Of a stretch of DNA of 58,347 nt, positions 18,725 through 28,434 are shown one piece after another (positions within the stretch are counted from its first letter, which is position 1; each line of letters starts with the position of its first letter). The stretch lies in assembly GCA_964425275.1 (NCBI GenBank), contig CAYRLZ010000060.1:1-58347 (forward strand), read 5' to 3'. Below the pieces are notes generated by a model. It saw only the letters and a program-made list of their open reading frames with translations. It did no database searches and had not been told where the DNA came from. This stretch comes from an uncultured bacterium (lineage in GTDB: Bacteria > Hydrothermota > Tepidihabitantia > Tepidihabitantales > JBDRVQ01). A program made the translations under genes and the position numbers.

Positions 18725-19533
18725 AGATTTCCGATTACTTCTCTAATGAGGGTGGTCAATTTTGGCTCGGTCTCCCGAGCAATCTGAAGGATTTCTTTTA
18801 GGTCTACTGGTTTCATAGCATCCGGTAATCCCATATCGGTGACGACCGAAAGACCTAATACCTTAATACCAACCTGCCGGGCGACAATCACCTCTGGGAC
18901 AGTTGACATCCCTACTAAATCAGCCCCGAATAATCGGAAAAGACGATACTCAGCAGCGGTCTCCAAGTTCGGACCAGGCACGGCGATATATACTCCTTTA
19001 CGGACAGGAATCTTTAGCTCCAAGGCGGTCTTTTCGGTAAGGGCGATAAGTTCTGGGGCATAGCATTGATACATATCAGGGAAGCGCGGACCAAAATCTG
19101 GATCGGTGAGACCACGCAGTGGATTATCCGGCTGAAAATTTATGTGGTCAGTGATAATGACAATATCTCCGGGTCGGAAGAGTGAATTTAGACCACCAGC
19201 GGCATTGGAGACAATCATAATCTTGACTCCTAATTTTTTCATCAGGCGCACCGGTAGGGTAATCTCGGCCATTGAGTATCCTTCATAATAATGGAAACGT
19301 CCCAGAAAGGCGACGACCGCTCGCTTTTTTATATAACCAAAAATGAGGCTCCCTTCGTGGCTGGCCACCGTTGGTTTTGGGAAGTGGGGGATTTCGCGGT
19401 AAGGGATAATTTTAACCTTCTCAATCTCTTTTACTAACTTTCCGAGGCCAGTGCCAAGGATTATTCCAATCTTAGGCTTAAAATCAGTCTTGGCTCTAAT
19501 CTTTTCAAAACCTTCTTCAATCCAATTTTTCAT
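18721..19533 (-). CDS. Purine nucleoside phosphorylase (PNP/MTAP family)
   Basis: 270 aa, with GTGLGKL, NAAGGLN and GMSTVPEV blocks. Confidence 0.85.
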   Translation of the reverse strand: MKNWIEEGFEKIRAKTDFKPKIGIILGTGLGKLVKEIEKVKIIPYREIPHFPKPTVASHEGSLIFGYIKKRAVVAFLGRFHYYEGYSMAEITLPVRLMKKLGVKIMIVSNAAGGLNSLFRPGDIVIITDHINFQPDNPLRGLTDPDFGPRFPDMYQCYAPELIALTEKTALELKIPVRKGVYIAVPGPNLETAAEYRLFRLFGADLVGMSTVPEVIVARQVGIKVLGLSVVTDMGLPDAMKPVDLKEILQIARETEPKLTTLIREVIGNL

Positions 19534-19572
19534 CTTAAATTCTACTTAATATTTGACCGAAGTCAAGATATG

Positions 19573-22500
19573 TTAACGCGATGGGCAGTGCCTTGGATGC
19601 GTTTCTTCTCTTTTCATTTTTGACATCCAAGATTGATTATTAGTTATCTCGTTTAAGGAATGGACATCAAAGGATTGGGTCTTGGCAAACTTTATTGCCG
19701 AAATCTCTGCCCAGGCGGAATTCAAGACGGTAATAAAAGGTATATTCAATTCTACTGCTAAACGACGCATCAGATAGCCGTCGCGTTTGGCACTGTAGGT
19801 CATAGTTGGGGTATTGATAATGAGGTCAATCTTCTTCTGGCGCATTAAATCTAAGGCATTGGGTGATTTATGTTCGCTGATGCGATAGACCGTCTTAACC
19901 GGAATCCCATTCTCTCGCAGAAATTCAGCGGTCCCTCGGGTAGCAACAATCTTAAAATTGAGGGCAATGAGTTCTTGGGCAAGAGGCACTACCTTTTCCT
20001 TGTCTTCATCCCGCACCGTTAGGTAAACGGTTCCTTCTTTGGCAAATTTATTGTCGGAGAGACAGGCTTTGTAATAGGCGCCACCAAAACTCTTATCAAT
20101 CGCCATCGCCTCACCAGTTGACTTCATCTCCGGTCCTAAGATTGGGTCCACCCCGGGCAATTTGGGAAAAGGAAAGACCGGTGCCTTAATTGAGAAAAAA
20201 CGGTTATTGGTTGACCGGCGATAGTCACCCAAGATTTTGAATTCTCTCAGGGGGCGCCCTAAAATAACTTTTGTGGCAATCTTGGCTAAGGGGATGCCAA
20301 TTGTCTTTGAGACATAAGGGATGGTTCTTGATGCTCGGGGATTTGCCTCCAGGACAAAAACCTCCCCGTCTTTGACGGCCAGTTGAATATTTATCAACCC
20401 CTTGGTATTTAAGGCCCGGGCAATCTTTTTCGTTAGGTTGTTGATTTTCTTAAGCACATCGCCCGAGAGAGAAAAGGGTGGTATGACACAGTAGGAATCC
20501 CCAGAGTGGACGCCAGCCTGTTCAATATGTTCCATTATCCCGGCAATAAATACATCTTGACCATCAGCCAGGGCATCAATATCAACCTCGGTGGCATTGG
20601 CGATATATTTATCAACTAAGACCGGGCATTCCTTAGAAACCCTTACCGCCTTTTGGATGTATTTCTCTAATTCTTCTTCTTCATAGACAATCTCCATTGC
20701 TCGACCGCCCAATACATAACTGGGACGCACCAAGACGGGATAACCAATCTCCTGGGCAATCTTCTTGACTTCTTCAAAATTAAATCCGGTGGCAAACAGC
20801 GGCTGCGGGATACCAAGTTCGCGCAAAAGACTGGAGAATAGTTTACGGTCCTCCGCCCGGTTGATGTCTTCGGGTTGGGTGCCAAGGATTTTGGTCTTTA
20901 ATTTCTGCTCTTTGATAATCCGGGCGAGCGGCATGGCCAGATTAACCGAGGTCTGACCACCAAATTGGAGGATGATACCATAAGGATTTTCTTCGTTAAT
21001 CACCGCTAAGACATCCTCCAGGGTGAGCGGTTCAAAATAGAGTCGGGTGGAGATGTCAAAATCGGTTGAGACTGTCTCCGGATTATTGTTCATCATTATC
21101 GCCTCCATCCCTTCCTCCTTTAAGGCGAGACTGGCATGGACGCAACAGTAGTCAAATTCTATTCCCTGACCGATGCAGATTGGTCCGGAGCCGATAACCA
21201 AGACCCGTTTCTTATTTTGTCTCCTGGGCGCTGATTTATTTCTCTGGGGTGAATTGGTTAAATAGGTTGAATAATAGTAAGGGGTAAAGGCCGCGAATTC
21301 ACCAGCACAGGTGTCAACGATGTTGAATCCCGGATGAAGGTCAAGTGATTGTCGGCGGCTCCTTATCTCCTCCGGAGATTGCTTTGTGATTTGGGCTAAA
21401 TAGTCATCACTGAATCCTAATTTTTTTGCTTTAACTAATAATTCCTCGGTTAGTCCCTCTTTTTTAATTCGCTTCTCAACCGCGACGATATTTTCAATCT
21501 TACTGATGAAGAATTTATCAACCCTTGATAATTGATTTATCTTGGTTTTTGCATAACCGCGCCGCAAAGCCTCGGCAATAGCGAAAATGAATTTGTCGGT
21601 CGGTTCTTCCAGTTCTTTAATCAGTTCATACTCTTTTAAGTTGACTTCTGGTTCCAGCCCGGTTTTGTCAATCTCTAACGACCGAATTGCCTTCAAGAGT
21701 GCCTCTTCAATGGTTGAGCCAATCGCCATCACCTCACCGGTTGATTTCATCTGGGTGCCGATTCTTCTATCAGCTGTTGGAAACTTGTCAAAGGGCCAGC
21801 GGGGAATTTTTACGACAACATAGTCCAGGGCCGGTTCAAAGGCCGCCGAAGTTTTTTTGGTTATGGCATTAGGTATTTCGTCTAAGGTTAGACCAACGGC
21901 AATCTTGGCGGAGACCCGGGCGATTGGATAACCGGTGGCCTTGGAGGCTAAAGCGGAAGAGCGGGATACCCTCGGATTAACCTCAATCACTCGGTATTCC
22001 CATTTTTTGGGATTCACCGCAAACTGGATATTGCAACCACCAGCGATGCCGAGGGCACGGATAATTTTGAGCGAGGCATCCCGCAGGGTTTGATTTTCTT
22101 TGTCGGTCAAGGTCTGAGCCGGAGCGACAACGATACTATCGCCGGTATGAACCCCCATTGGGTTAATATTCTCCATGGAACAAACAATGATACAATTATC
22201 CCGGTCATCCCGAATAACTTCGTATTCAAATTCTTTCCAACCGAGGACACTTTCTTCAATCAAGACCTGGTTGATTGGTGATTGGCTTAGACCCGAGTGG
22301 GCAATTTCGTGCAACTCATCCCAGTTGTTGGCGATACCCGAGCCGGTGCCACCTAAGGTGTAAGCCGGTCGGACTAAGACTGGGAAAGGTATATCCTTTA
22401 ATGCCTGGCGAATCTCAGAGAGGTTGTGACAGGCAATACTCTTTGGAATCGGTTCGGAAATCTTCTGCATTAGCGAACGAAATAATGCGCGATTTTCCGC

Positions 22501-22875
22501 CATCTCAATTGACTGAAAGGTTGAGCCTAAAAGTTCAACCTGGAACTTTTCTAAGACCCCGGCCCGGCTTAATTGATAAGCAAGGTTAAGGGCGGTTTGA
22601 CCGCCAAATCCAGCTAAAATCCCTTGTGGTCTTTCCTTCTCAATAATTTTTGTGATTGATTCAAGGGTGAGTGGTTCAATATATACAATATCGGCTGTTT
22701 CAAAATCGGTCTGAATGGTCGCGGGATTAGAATTGACGATAATCGTCTTATATCCTTCTTCTCTTAATGAACGACTGGCTTGGGAGCCAGAGAAGTCAAA
22801 TTCGGCTGCTTGCCCAATAACAATCGGACCAGAACCGATGATCAGTAATTTTTTGAGGTCGGTCCGTTTAGGCAT
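19573..22875 (-). CDS. carB: Carbamoyl-phosphate synthase large subunit
   Basis: Start taken at ATG 22875 (MPKRTDLKKLLIIGSGPIVIGQA); the track ORF begins at an upstream TTG. Duplicated ATP-grasp halves. Confidence 0.95.
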   Translation of the reverse strand: MPKRTDLKKLLIIGSGPIVIGQAAEFDFSGSQASRSLREEGYKTIIVNSNPATIQTDFETADIVYIEPLTLESITKIIEKERPQGILAGFGGQTALNLAYQLSRAGVLEKFQVELLGSTFQSIEMAENRALFRSLMQKISEPIPKSIACHNLSEIRQALKDIPFPVLVRPAYTLGGTGSGIANNWDELHEIAHSGLSQSPINQVLIEESVLGWKEFEYEVIRDDRDNCIIVCSMENINPMGVHTGDSIVVAPAQTLTDKENQTLRDASLKIIRALGIAGGCNIQFAVNPKKWEYRVIEVNPRVSRSSALASKATGYPIARVSAKIAVGLTLDEIPNAITKKTSAAFEPALDYVVVKIPRWPFDKFPTADRRIGTQMKSTGEVMAIGSTIEEALLKAIRSLEIDKTGLEPEVNLKEYELIKELEEPTDKFIFAIAEALRRGYAKTKINQLSRVDKFFISKIENIVAVEKRIKKEGLTEELLVKAKKLGFSDDYLAQITKQSPEEIRSRRQSLDLHPGFNIVDTCAGEFAAFTPYYYSTYLTNSPQRNKSAPRRQNKKRVLVIGSGPICIGQGIEFDYCCVHASLALKEEGMEAIMMNNNPETVSTDFDISTRLYFEPLTLEDVLAVINEENPYGIILQFGGQTSVNLAMPLARIIKEQKLKTKILGTQPEDINRAEDRKLFSSLLRELGIPQPLFATGFNFEEVKKIAQEIGYPVLVRPSYVLGGRAMEIVYEEEELEKYIQKAVRVSKECPVLVDKYIANATEVDIDALADGQDVFIAGIMEHIEQAGVHSGDSYCVIPPFSLSGDVLKKINNLTKKIARALNTKGLINIQLAVKDGEVFVLEANPRASRTIPYVSKTIGIPLAKIATKVILGRPLREFKILGDYRRSTNNRFFSIKAPVFPFPKLPGVDPILGPEMKSTGEAMAIDKSFGGAYYKACLSDNKFAKEGTVYLTVRDEDKEKVVPLAQELIALNFKIVATRGTAEFLRENGIPVKTVYRISEHKSPNALDLMRQKKIDLIINTPTMTYSAKRDGYLMRRLAVELNIPFITVLNSAWAEISAIKFAKTQSFDVHSLNEITNNQSWMSKMKREETHPRHCPSR

Positions 22876-22905
22876 CTGATACGACTTTTTTATCAAGCAT
22901 AATCA

Positions 22906-23979
22906 TTAGGTCATTTCAATGAATCGTTGGAAAAGAAAAGTGGTATCATTAGGTCCGGGAGAACCTTCGGGATGAAATTGGACGGAGATTATTGGTAAAA
23001 CCCGATGGACCATCCCTTCAACCGTTCCATCATTAACATTGACCCAATTAAATTCAATCTCTTTAATATTTGACGACCGGGTGAGGGCATAGCCATGATT
23101 CTGAGAGGTAATAAATACCTTATTATTCTCTAAACTTTTTACCGGATGATTTACCCCCCGGTGCCCAAACTTCAACTTATAAGTCCTGAGACCCAGGGCA
23201 AGACCAAGAATCTGATGACCGAGACAGATGCCGAATATTGGATAGAGACCCAATAATTTCTTTACCGTTTGAACAGTGGTTGAGAGAATCTCCGGGTGAG
23301 CGGGATTACCCGGACCATTAGAGATAACGATACCTGAGGGATTTATTTTTCTGATTGTTTCAAAGGTAATGTTGTAGGGGGCTTGAATGACCGAAGAGAA
23401 TTTTAGCAGGTTGGTAATGATACTTTTTTTACACCCACAGTCGATCAAAAGAATTTTTTTCTTGTGGTGATTACGGTGGAAGATAATTTTTGGGCAGGAG
23501 ACCTTCCTCACCAAATTTTCGGTATCGGGATAGGGTAGTTTTTTAATCCGCTCTAAGATTTCCCGCCGGTTAAGTGACTTTTTAGTATTGGCGAGGATTG
23601 CCTTCATTGTTCCGTAATATCTTATCTTTAAGGTCAATGCCCTTGTGTCAATACCGCCGATACCCGGGATGCCCGCGGTGGTTAGATATTTAATAAGATT
23701 CTTCCGCCGGTAGGAAGAAAATGCCGGCTCTTTAGTAACCAGCCCCTGAATCTGAATCTTTGGGGACTCGCCCGATTTGGGTGAGAAACCATAATTACCG
23801 ATGAGGGGATAAGTCATTATCAGAATCTGACCGGCATAGGAGGGGTCGGTAAATGCCTCTTCATAGCCGGTCATTGCGGTATTGAAGACAATCTCACCAA
23901 AGACTTCTTTTTCAGCACCAAAGCCAATCCCTTCAATGAAGGTTCCATCTTCCAGAGCGAGGACCCCTTTTGAAACCAT
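22906..23979 (-). CDS. carA: Carbamoyl-phosphate synthase small (glutaminase) subunit
   Basis: GICLGHQ catalytic Cys motif and FHPEGSPGP. Confidence 0.95.
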   Translation of the reverse strand: MVSKGVLALEDGTFIEGIGFGAEKEVFGEIVFNTAMTGYEEAFTDPSYAGQILIMTYPLIGNYGFSPKSGESPKIQIQGLVTKEPAFSSYRRKNLIKYLTTAGIPGIGGIDTRALTLKIRYYGTMKAILANTKKSLNRREILERIKKLPYPDTENLVRKVSCPKIIFHRNHHKKKILLIDCGCKKSIITNLLKFSSVIQAPYNITFETIRKINPSGIVISNGPGNPAHPEILSTTVQTVKKLLGLYPIFGICLGHQILGLALGLRTYKLKFGHRGVNHPVKSLENNKVFITSQNHGYALTRSSNIKEIEFNWVNVNDGTVEGMVHRVLPIISVQFHPEGSPGPNDTTFLFQRFIEMT

Positions 23980-23988
23980 TGGAAATTT

Positions 23989-24016
23989 ATTCTAACGGAA
24001 AAATTTTAATTGTCAA
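23989..24016 (-). promoter_or_regulatory. sigma70-type promoter 9 nt upstream of the carA ATG
   Basis: Minus strand: TTGACA, 16 nt, TAGAAT. There is no SD in the gap. Confidence 0.55.
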
Positions 24017-24061
24017 GAAAGGGCAATGCTCAATGACAAACCTTCTATCGGCAAACACTAA

Positions 24062-25051
24062 TTAAGAGCCCCGACCGCCGAAGAAAACGTAGAGTTGGAA
24101 ATAAGGTCCACTGGGGTTGAAATCAGGTCCGATATTTAAGTCTTCACCGCTTTCATATTTCCAAGAAGATTTGATGGGCAAGAGGATATATCCGCTTTTT
24201 AGACTGAGACCGACAGAAGATATTGGGAAGTCAAAAGATAGAGCCGGTGCTAAGGCTATTCCGCCGGTCGTAACTTTCGCTCCAAAGTTTGGATTTTTAA
24301 GTAGTGAATCAAAACTCGTTGGTGGTATCCGGTTTGGTTTTAGGTGAAAGGTAAACCCACCGCCACCAATCCCTAAGAGAATCCGGGGATTGAAGAATTT
24401 TGTAGAAATGGGAACGAATCCGGCTTCAAAGAATCCGACACCAAAGTTAGCATCAATTACTAAACTTTCACTGGCCACCGTTTGCAAACCCCCGAAGCCG
24501 AAACCACCAATACTCACCTTCCGTATCTGTCCCCAGCCACCACCGCTAAAGTTGAAGAAGTTTTTACTAAGTTGGGATTTGAAATTATAACGGGATAAGA
24601 CGGTATTCACTTTATCAAAATTGAATATCATAAGTGTTGGACCAAAACCACCAAACCCCATGCCCTTAAACTTGGCTCTCATTCTATATGTATGTTTTCT
24701 TTCCGGTTCTAACTCAAATCTCTTTTCTTCACTGCCCCGTAAAACCTTAATCGTAACTCTTTCTTCCGTTTCTTTCCAACAGAGGATTTCTCTAATTGCC
24801 CTTGTATCCTTTACCGGTTTTCCGGCAATCTCTAATACCAAATCACCGGGGAGGATACCGGCCTTTTCCGCTGGGCTATTTTTGATTATTTCTTTAATTA
24901 TGACACCGGTTTCATCTTCGCCAAAACGGATGCCGAGATAAGGAGTACCACAAGGAGAGTGCTTTCTTGAAGGGCACGTTGGACAAGATTTCTCTCCTTC
25001 ATGCGCCCAAAGTAGTCCTGCTAAAAGAATTAAAGGTAAAAGTCTTTTCAT
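24062..25051 (-). CDS. Secreted PDZ-domain protein with a Gly-rich beta-rich C-terminal region
   Basis: Start taken at ATG 25051 (MKRLLPLILLAGLLWA) after GGAGGAGAT. PDZ-like GVIIKEIIKNSPAEKAGILPGDLVLEIAG. Confidence 0.65.
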   Translation of the reverse strand: MKRLLPLILLAGLLWAHEGEKSCPTCPSRKHSPCGTPYLGIRFGEDETGVIIKEIIKNSPAEKAGILPGDLVLEIAGKPVKDTRAIREILCWKETEERVTIKVLRGSEEKRFELEPERKHTYRMRAKFKGMGFGGFGPTLMIFNFDKVNTVLSRYNFKSQLSKNFFNFSGGGWGQIRKVSIGGFGFGGLQTVASESLVIDANFGVGFFEAGFVPISTKFFNPRILLGIGGGGFTFHLKPNRIPPTSFDSLLKNPNFGAKVTTGGIALAPALSFDFPISSVGLSLKSGYILLPIKSSWKYESGEDLNIGPDFNPSGPYFQLYVFFGGRGS

Positions 25052-25348
25052 ATCTCCTCCATTACCCTTCATTATCAATGAATATCTGTGATTGTCAAGA
25101 AGGATGCAATGTATCGATTCTATTCCCAATGTTAGCGAAGGTTATATTCAGTATCCCTTTGGCAAAGAGGGTAATTTAGCGAAAGGAAATAACCGAGAAG
25201 AGGTATTTGTCGTCTTTTCAGCTTAAAGGATAATACTCTTTCACTTTTGAGTTTTCTTCATTCCCCTTTTATCTGAGGAGTAGCCCAGAAAGAGTGGCGA
25301 TTGGGAAGTTGGCATAAAAGTTGCTATTTTAAGTTGGAACGATACCCC

Positions 25349-25377
25349 TTGACAATGGGTTAAAAATTTGGTATAAT
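25349..25377 (+). promoter_or_regulatory. Consensus sigma70-type promoter 13 nt upstream of ATG 25391
   Basis: TTGACA, 17 nt, TATAAT with TGn extension. Confidence 0.65.
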
Positions 25378-25390
25378 ATCTTTTAGAGAT

Positions 25391-26344
25391 ATGGGGAGAG
25401 ACCCAAAGTTGTTGAAGTTTTTGGACCTAATTTTAGATGGGGGATTTTCGGATATCCGACCGGTCTTTGACCCAAAAACCGAAAAACTGGTCCGTTATCC
25501 GGAGATTGAGCAGGCCTTAGAAAAGAATGCGGCTTTTGTCTCCCGACTCATTGAAGACCTAATTCGGCTCGGCTATTTAAAACGGTCATTCCTTTCTAAG
25601 ATGGTAATCTGTCCGGTCTGCAATTCCCCAGATTTGAGGTATCAAACATTCTGTCATAAGTGTGACTCCCCTTATATTGTAAAAATAAAGATGTTAGAAC
25701 ACCTCTTCTGTAATTATGTAGGAAAAGAGGAAGAGTTCCAGAATGGCCAGCGGCTAATCTGTCCCAAATGTCAAAAGGAACTCTTTATTATTGGTGATGA
25801 TTACAATAGCCCGGGATATAATTATCGGTGTTGTGAGTGTGGGGCAATCAGTCCAACCCCAAAAGAGAAATGGTTCTGTCCCAAGTGCGAAAATTTAATT
25901 GAGCGAGAAGAATTGAAAGATGTTATCCTGTTTTCCTATAAGGTAAACCGCCAGGAGATAGAAAGGCTCCGCAGGGAACGATTGCCGCGGGAAAGGATTA
26001 TAAATATCTTAAAGAAAGATGGCTATGAAGTTGAGGAGAATACGAGGCAAGTCGGTCGCTCCGGCGCCGAACATGAGATAGATATCCTGGCAACCAAATA
26101 TTCTGGGTCAACAACTCATCGGTTAGTGATTGGGTTTTCGATAAATGAGACCGAGATTGATTCCGAAGATGTGATAAAACTTTATGCCAAGGGTTATGAT
26201 GTAAATGCCCAGGATGTAATCTTGGTGGCAATTCCGAAACTATCCCCGGATGCCGAGAATTTTGCCCGACACTATCGGATAAAGGTATTTGAAGAGAAGG
26301 ACTTGGAAAGGTTGGAAGAGGAATTTGCTAGCGCCACCCAATAA
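25391..26344 (+). CDS. wHTH-like / multi-zinc-ribbon / PD-(D/E)xK-like nuclease-fold protein
   Basis: CxxC pairs: CPVC..CHKC, CPKC..CCEC, CPKC. C-terminal GRSGAEHEIDILA...VIGFS block resembles Mrr-type restriction-endonuclease folds. Confidence 0.6.
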   Translation: MGRDPKLLKFLDLILDGGFSDIRPVFDPKTEKLVRYPEIEQALEKNAAFVSRLIEDLIRLGYLKRSFLSKMVICPVCNSPDLRYQTFCHKCDSPYIVKIKMLEHLFCNYVGKEEEFQNGQRLICPKCQKELFIIGDDYNSPGYNYRCCECGAISPTPKEKWFCPKCENLIEREELKDVILFSYKVNRQEIERLRRERLPRERIINILKKDGYEVEENTRQVGRSGAEHEIDILATKYSGSTTHRLVIGFSINETEIDSEDVIKLYAKGYDVNAQDVILVAIPKLSPDAENFARHYRIKVFEEKDLERLEEEFASATQ

Positions 26345-26792
26345 AAAAATTTACCTCCCCTTAGTAATCATCTTTTTCTTCGCCGTTGACCAGTTAACGA
26401 AGTATCTGGCAAGGACAAATTTAGAAAGGGTTGGTGATGTGTCGGTGATTGGCAATCTTCTTCGGTTACACCTCGTCTACAATTATCACGGGGTATTCGG
26501 GTTCTCCTTTGGTGACGGTATCATCCTCCGCTATCTCTTGCCAATTGTCGGCATTGCTTTTATCATTCTGTTAAGTCTAAGGGCAAAATCCGGTTTTTCG
26601 TTATTCATTTATGGTTTAATCTTAGGTGGCGCCCTGGGTAATATTTTTGACCGGGTCGTCTTCGGCCGGGTCACTGATTTTATTGATATGGGGATTGGGC
26701 GATGGCGTTGGTGGACTTACAATTTAGCCGATGCCTTTATCGTCATCGGTATCTTTCTTTTACTCTTCTTTCCCGAAAGGAGAAAAGAATGA
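26289..26792 (+). CDS. lspA: Lipoprotein signal peptidase II
   Basis: VDQLTK, GNIFDR and YNLADAFI motifs. There is no ATG; the start is TTG 26289 or TTG 26325. Confidence 0.85.
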   Translation: MKRRTWKGWKRNLLAPPNKKIYLPLVIIFFFAVDQLTKYLARTNLERVGDVSVIGNLLRLHLVYNYHGVFGFSFGDGIILRYLLPIVGIAFIILLSLRAKSGFSLFIYGLILGGALGNIFDRVVFGRVTDFIDMGIGRWRWWTYNLADAFIVIGIFLLLFFPERRKE

Positions 26793-27961
26793 AAAGGGTC
26801 TATCTTGATTATAACTCCTCCACACCTCTGGATAAGAGGGTGAAGGAGGCAATGGAAGAATTTTTGGGTGAGAAATTTGGTAATCCGTCTAATCTCCATT
26901 CCTTTGGTCGGGAGACCCGGGAGGGGATTGAGCAGGCAAGGAAAAGAGTGGCGGAGTTCCTTTCGGCTTCACCGGATGAAATCTTCTTCACCTCCGGGGG
27001 AACCGAAGCCAATAATTGGGCAATTAAAGGACTGGCATTTCGGGCATTAGAGGAAGGGAAAAATAAGCGACACATTATTACGACCAGTATTGAACACCAT
27101 TCAATTCTTCATACCACAGAATTCTTAGAGAAACTTGGTTTTCAGGTCACTTATCTACCACCGGACCGATACGGTATGATTTCACCCTCGGCGGTGAAAG
27201 AGGCAATAAGGGATGATACCTTATTAGTCTCCATAATGCACAGCAACAATGAGATTGGGACAATCCAACCAATCAAGGAGATTGCCCAGATAACTCGTTC
27301 GTTTGGTGTTTATCTTCATACCGATGCCGTGGCCTCGGCAGGGAAGGTAGATTTAAGTGTGAAGGAAATGGGGGTTGATTTACTAACAATCTCGGGGCAT
27401 AAGATTCACGGTCCAAAAGGTGTTGGGGTATTGTATATCAAAAGGGGGCAAAAGATGGAAAATCTGATTCACGGCGGTAGCCATGAACAAGGTTTCCGTT
27501 CCGGGACTGAAAATCTCTACGGGATTGTTGGCTTAGGCAAAGCCTGTGAAATCGCGAAGAAGGAGATGAAAGAACAAGGGGAAAGGATAAAGGGATTAAG
27601 GGATTATCTGGAGTCTGAGATAAGAAAGAGGATTCCGGAGGTAATCTTTAATGGACACCCCGAGCAACGAATTGGTAATACAACCAGTGTCTCAATTGGC
27701 TATATTGAAGGCGAGGCGCTCTTAATGAATTTAGATATGGAGGGGATTGCTGTCTCTTCGGGTTCGGCTTGCTCGGCCGGTGAGGTCTCCCATGTGATCA
27801 AGGCGATTGGCTTGCCACCAGAGTTTATAAACTCAACAATAAGATTTAGTCTCGGAAGAGAGAATACAAAGGAGGAGATTGATTTTGTGGTTGCCGTCTT
27901 AGAAAGGGTGGTGAAGCGACTGCGCGCTATATCGCCACTCTGGAAGAAGCGAGGTAATTGA
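26789..27961 (+). CDS. iscS: Cysteine desulfurase (IscS/NifS family)
   Basis: ATG 26789 overlaps the lspA stop. SGHKIHGPKGVG (PLP Lys) and SSGSACS (active Cys). Confidence 0.9.
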   Translation: MKRVYLDYNSSTPLDKRVKEAMEEFLGEKFGNPSNLHSFGRETREGIEQARKRVAEFLSASPDEIFFTSGGTEANNWAIKGLAFRALEEGKNKRHIITTSIEHHSILHTTEFLEKLGFQVTYLPPDRYGMISPSAVKEAIRDDTLLVSIMHSNNEIGTIQPIKEIAQITRSFGVYLHTDAVASAGKVDLSVKEMGVDLLTISGHKIHGPKGVGVLYIKRGQKMENLIHGGSHEQGFRSGTENLYGIVGLGKACEIAKKEMKEQGERIKGLRDYLESEIRKRIPEVIFNGHPEQRIGNTTSVSIGYIEGEALLMNLDMEGIAVSSGSACSAGEVSHVIKAIGLPPEFINSTIRFSLGRENTKEEIDFVVAVLERVVKRLRAISPLWKKRGN

Positions 27962-28431
27962 TGGAAGAGATAAAAGAAGAATCAATATTAAGGGTTTTGG
28001 AAACCTTATCATCAATGCCAGTGGAAGAGGCCGGGGAGCTAATTCTGAAGATGGAAGAGGAACAACCAGGTATGGTAAACTACCTCCTCCAATCATCGGG
28101 CGAATTAAATTATGCGGAGCAAGAGATTCTTCTTTATTTGGGGATGGTTATCTGGCTGGTTATGGCCAAGGGTGAGAAGGAATTTCCCCAAATTACTCAG
28201 GAGGAATTAGAGCAAAGTTTGGAGGATAATTTTAAGGCGATTAGGAACATCCCTCTGGAGAAAGAAAAGATTGAAGACTGGACGATTAAGATGCTTGAGA
28301 CCTATCCCCAGCCCGCGGTTTTAGCCTTCGTTTTAGATACCTTGGTTGGAGAGGAGCGGATAAGAGAAGAAAATAAAGGGCAGATTTTTGTTCACCTTAA
28401 GGCGTTGATTGACCGATTTGATAAGGAATAA
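27961..28431 (+). CDS. Acidic hypothetical protein
   Basis: ORF coupled to the iscS stop (TGATG). No recognisable motif. Confidence 0.5.
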   Translation: MEEIKEESILRVLETLSSMPVEEAGELILKMEEEQPGMVNYLLQSSGELNYAEQEILLYLGMVIWLVMAKGEKEFPQITQEELEQSLEDNFKAIRNIPLEKEKIEDWTIKMLETYPQPAVLAFVLDTLVGEERIREENKGQIFVHLKALIDRFDKE

Positions 28432-28434
28432 CCT

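Noticed and set aside
19573-22896. Many 60-105-aa ORFs on the plus strand inside carB; the same applies inside ffh, murA, def and the MTase (for example 12934..13374, 13711..14112, 55193..55678).
   Set aside because: These are antisense shadow ORFs inside well-supported genes. They have low-complexity or odd composition and no start-site signals.
26702-26788. N-terminal extensions in track ORFs: iscS from 26702, ispG to 39151, carB to 22896, the Kelch gene to 4965, the PDZ gene to 25129, the tlpA-like gene from 40990 and the porX-like gene from 47554.
   Set aside because: Downstream ATGs give canonical N-termini or signal peptides and have an SD or promoter. The extensions start at non-ATG codons or overlap the upstream gene.
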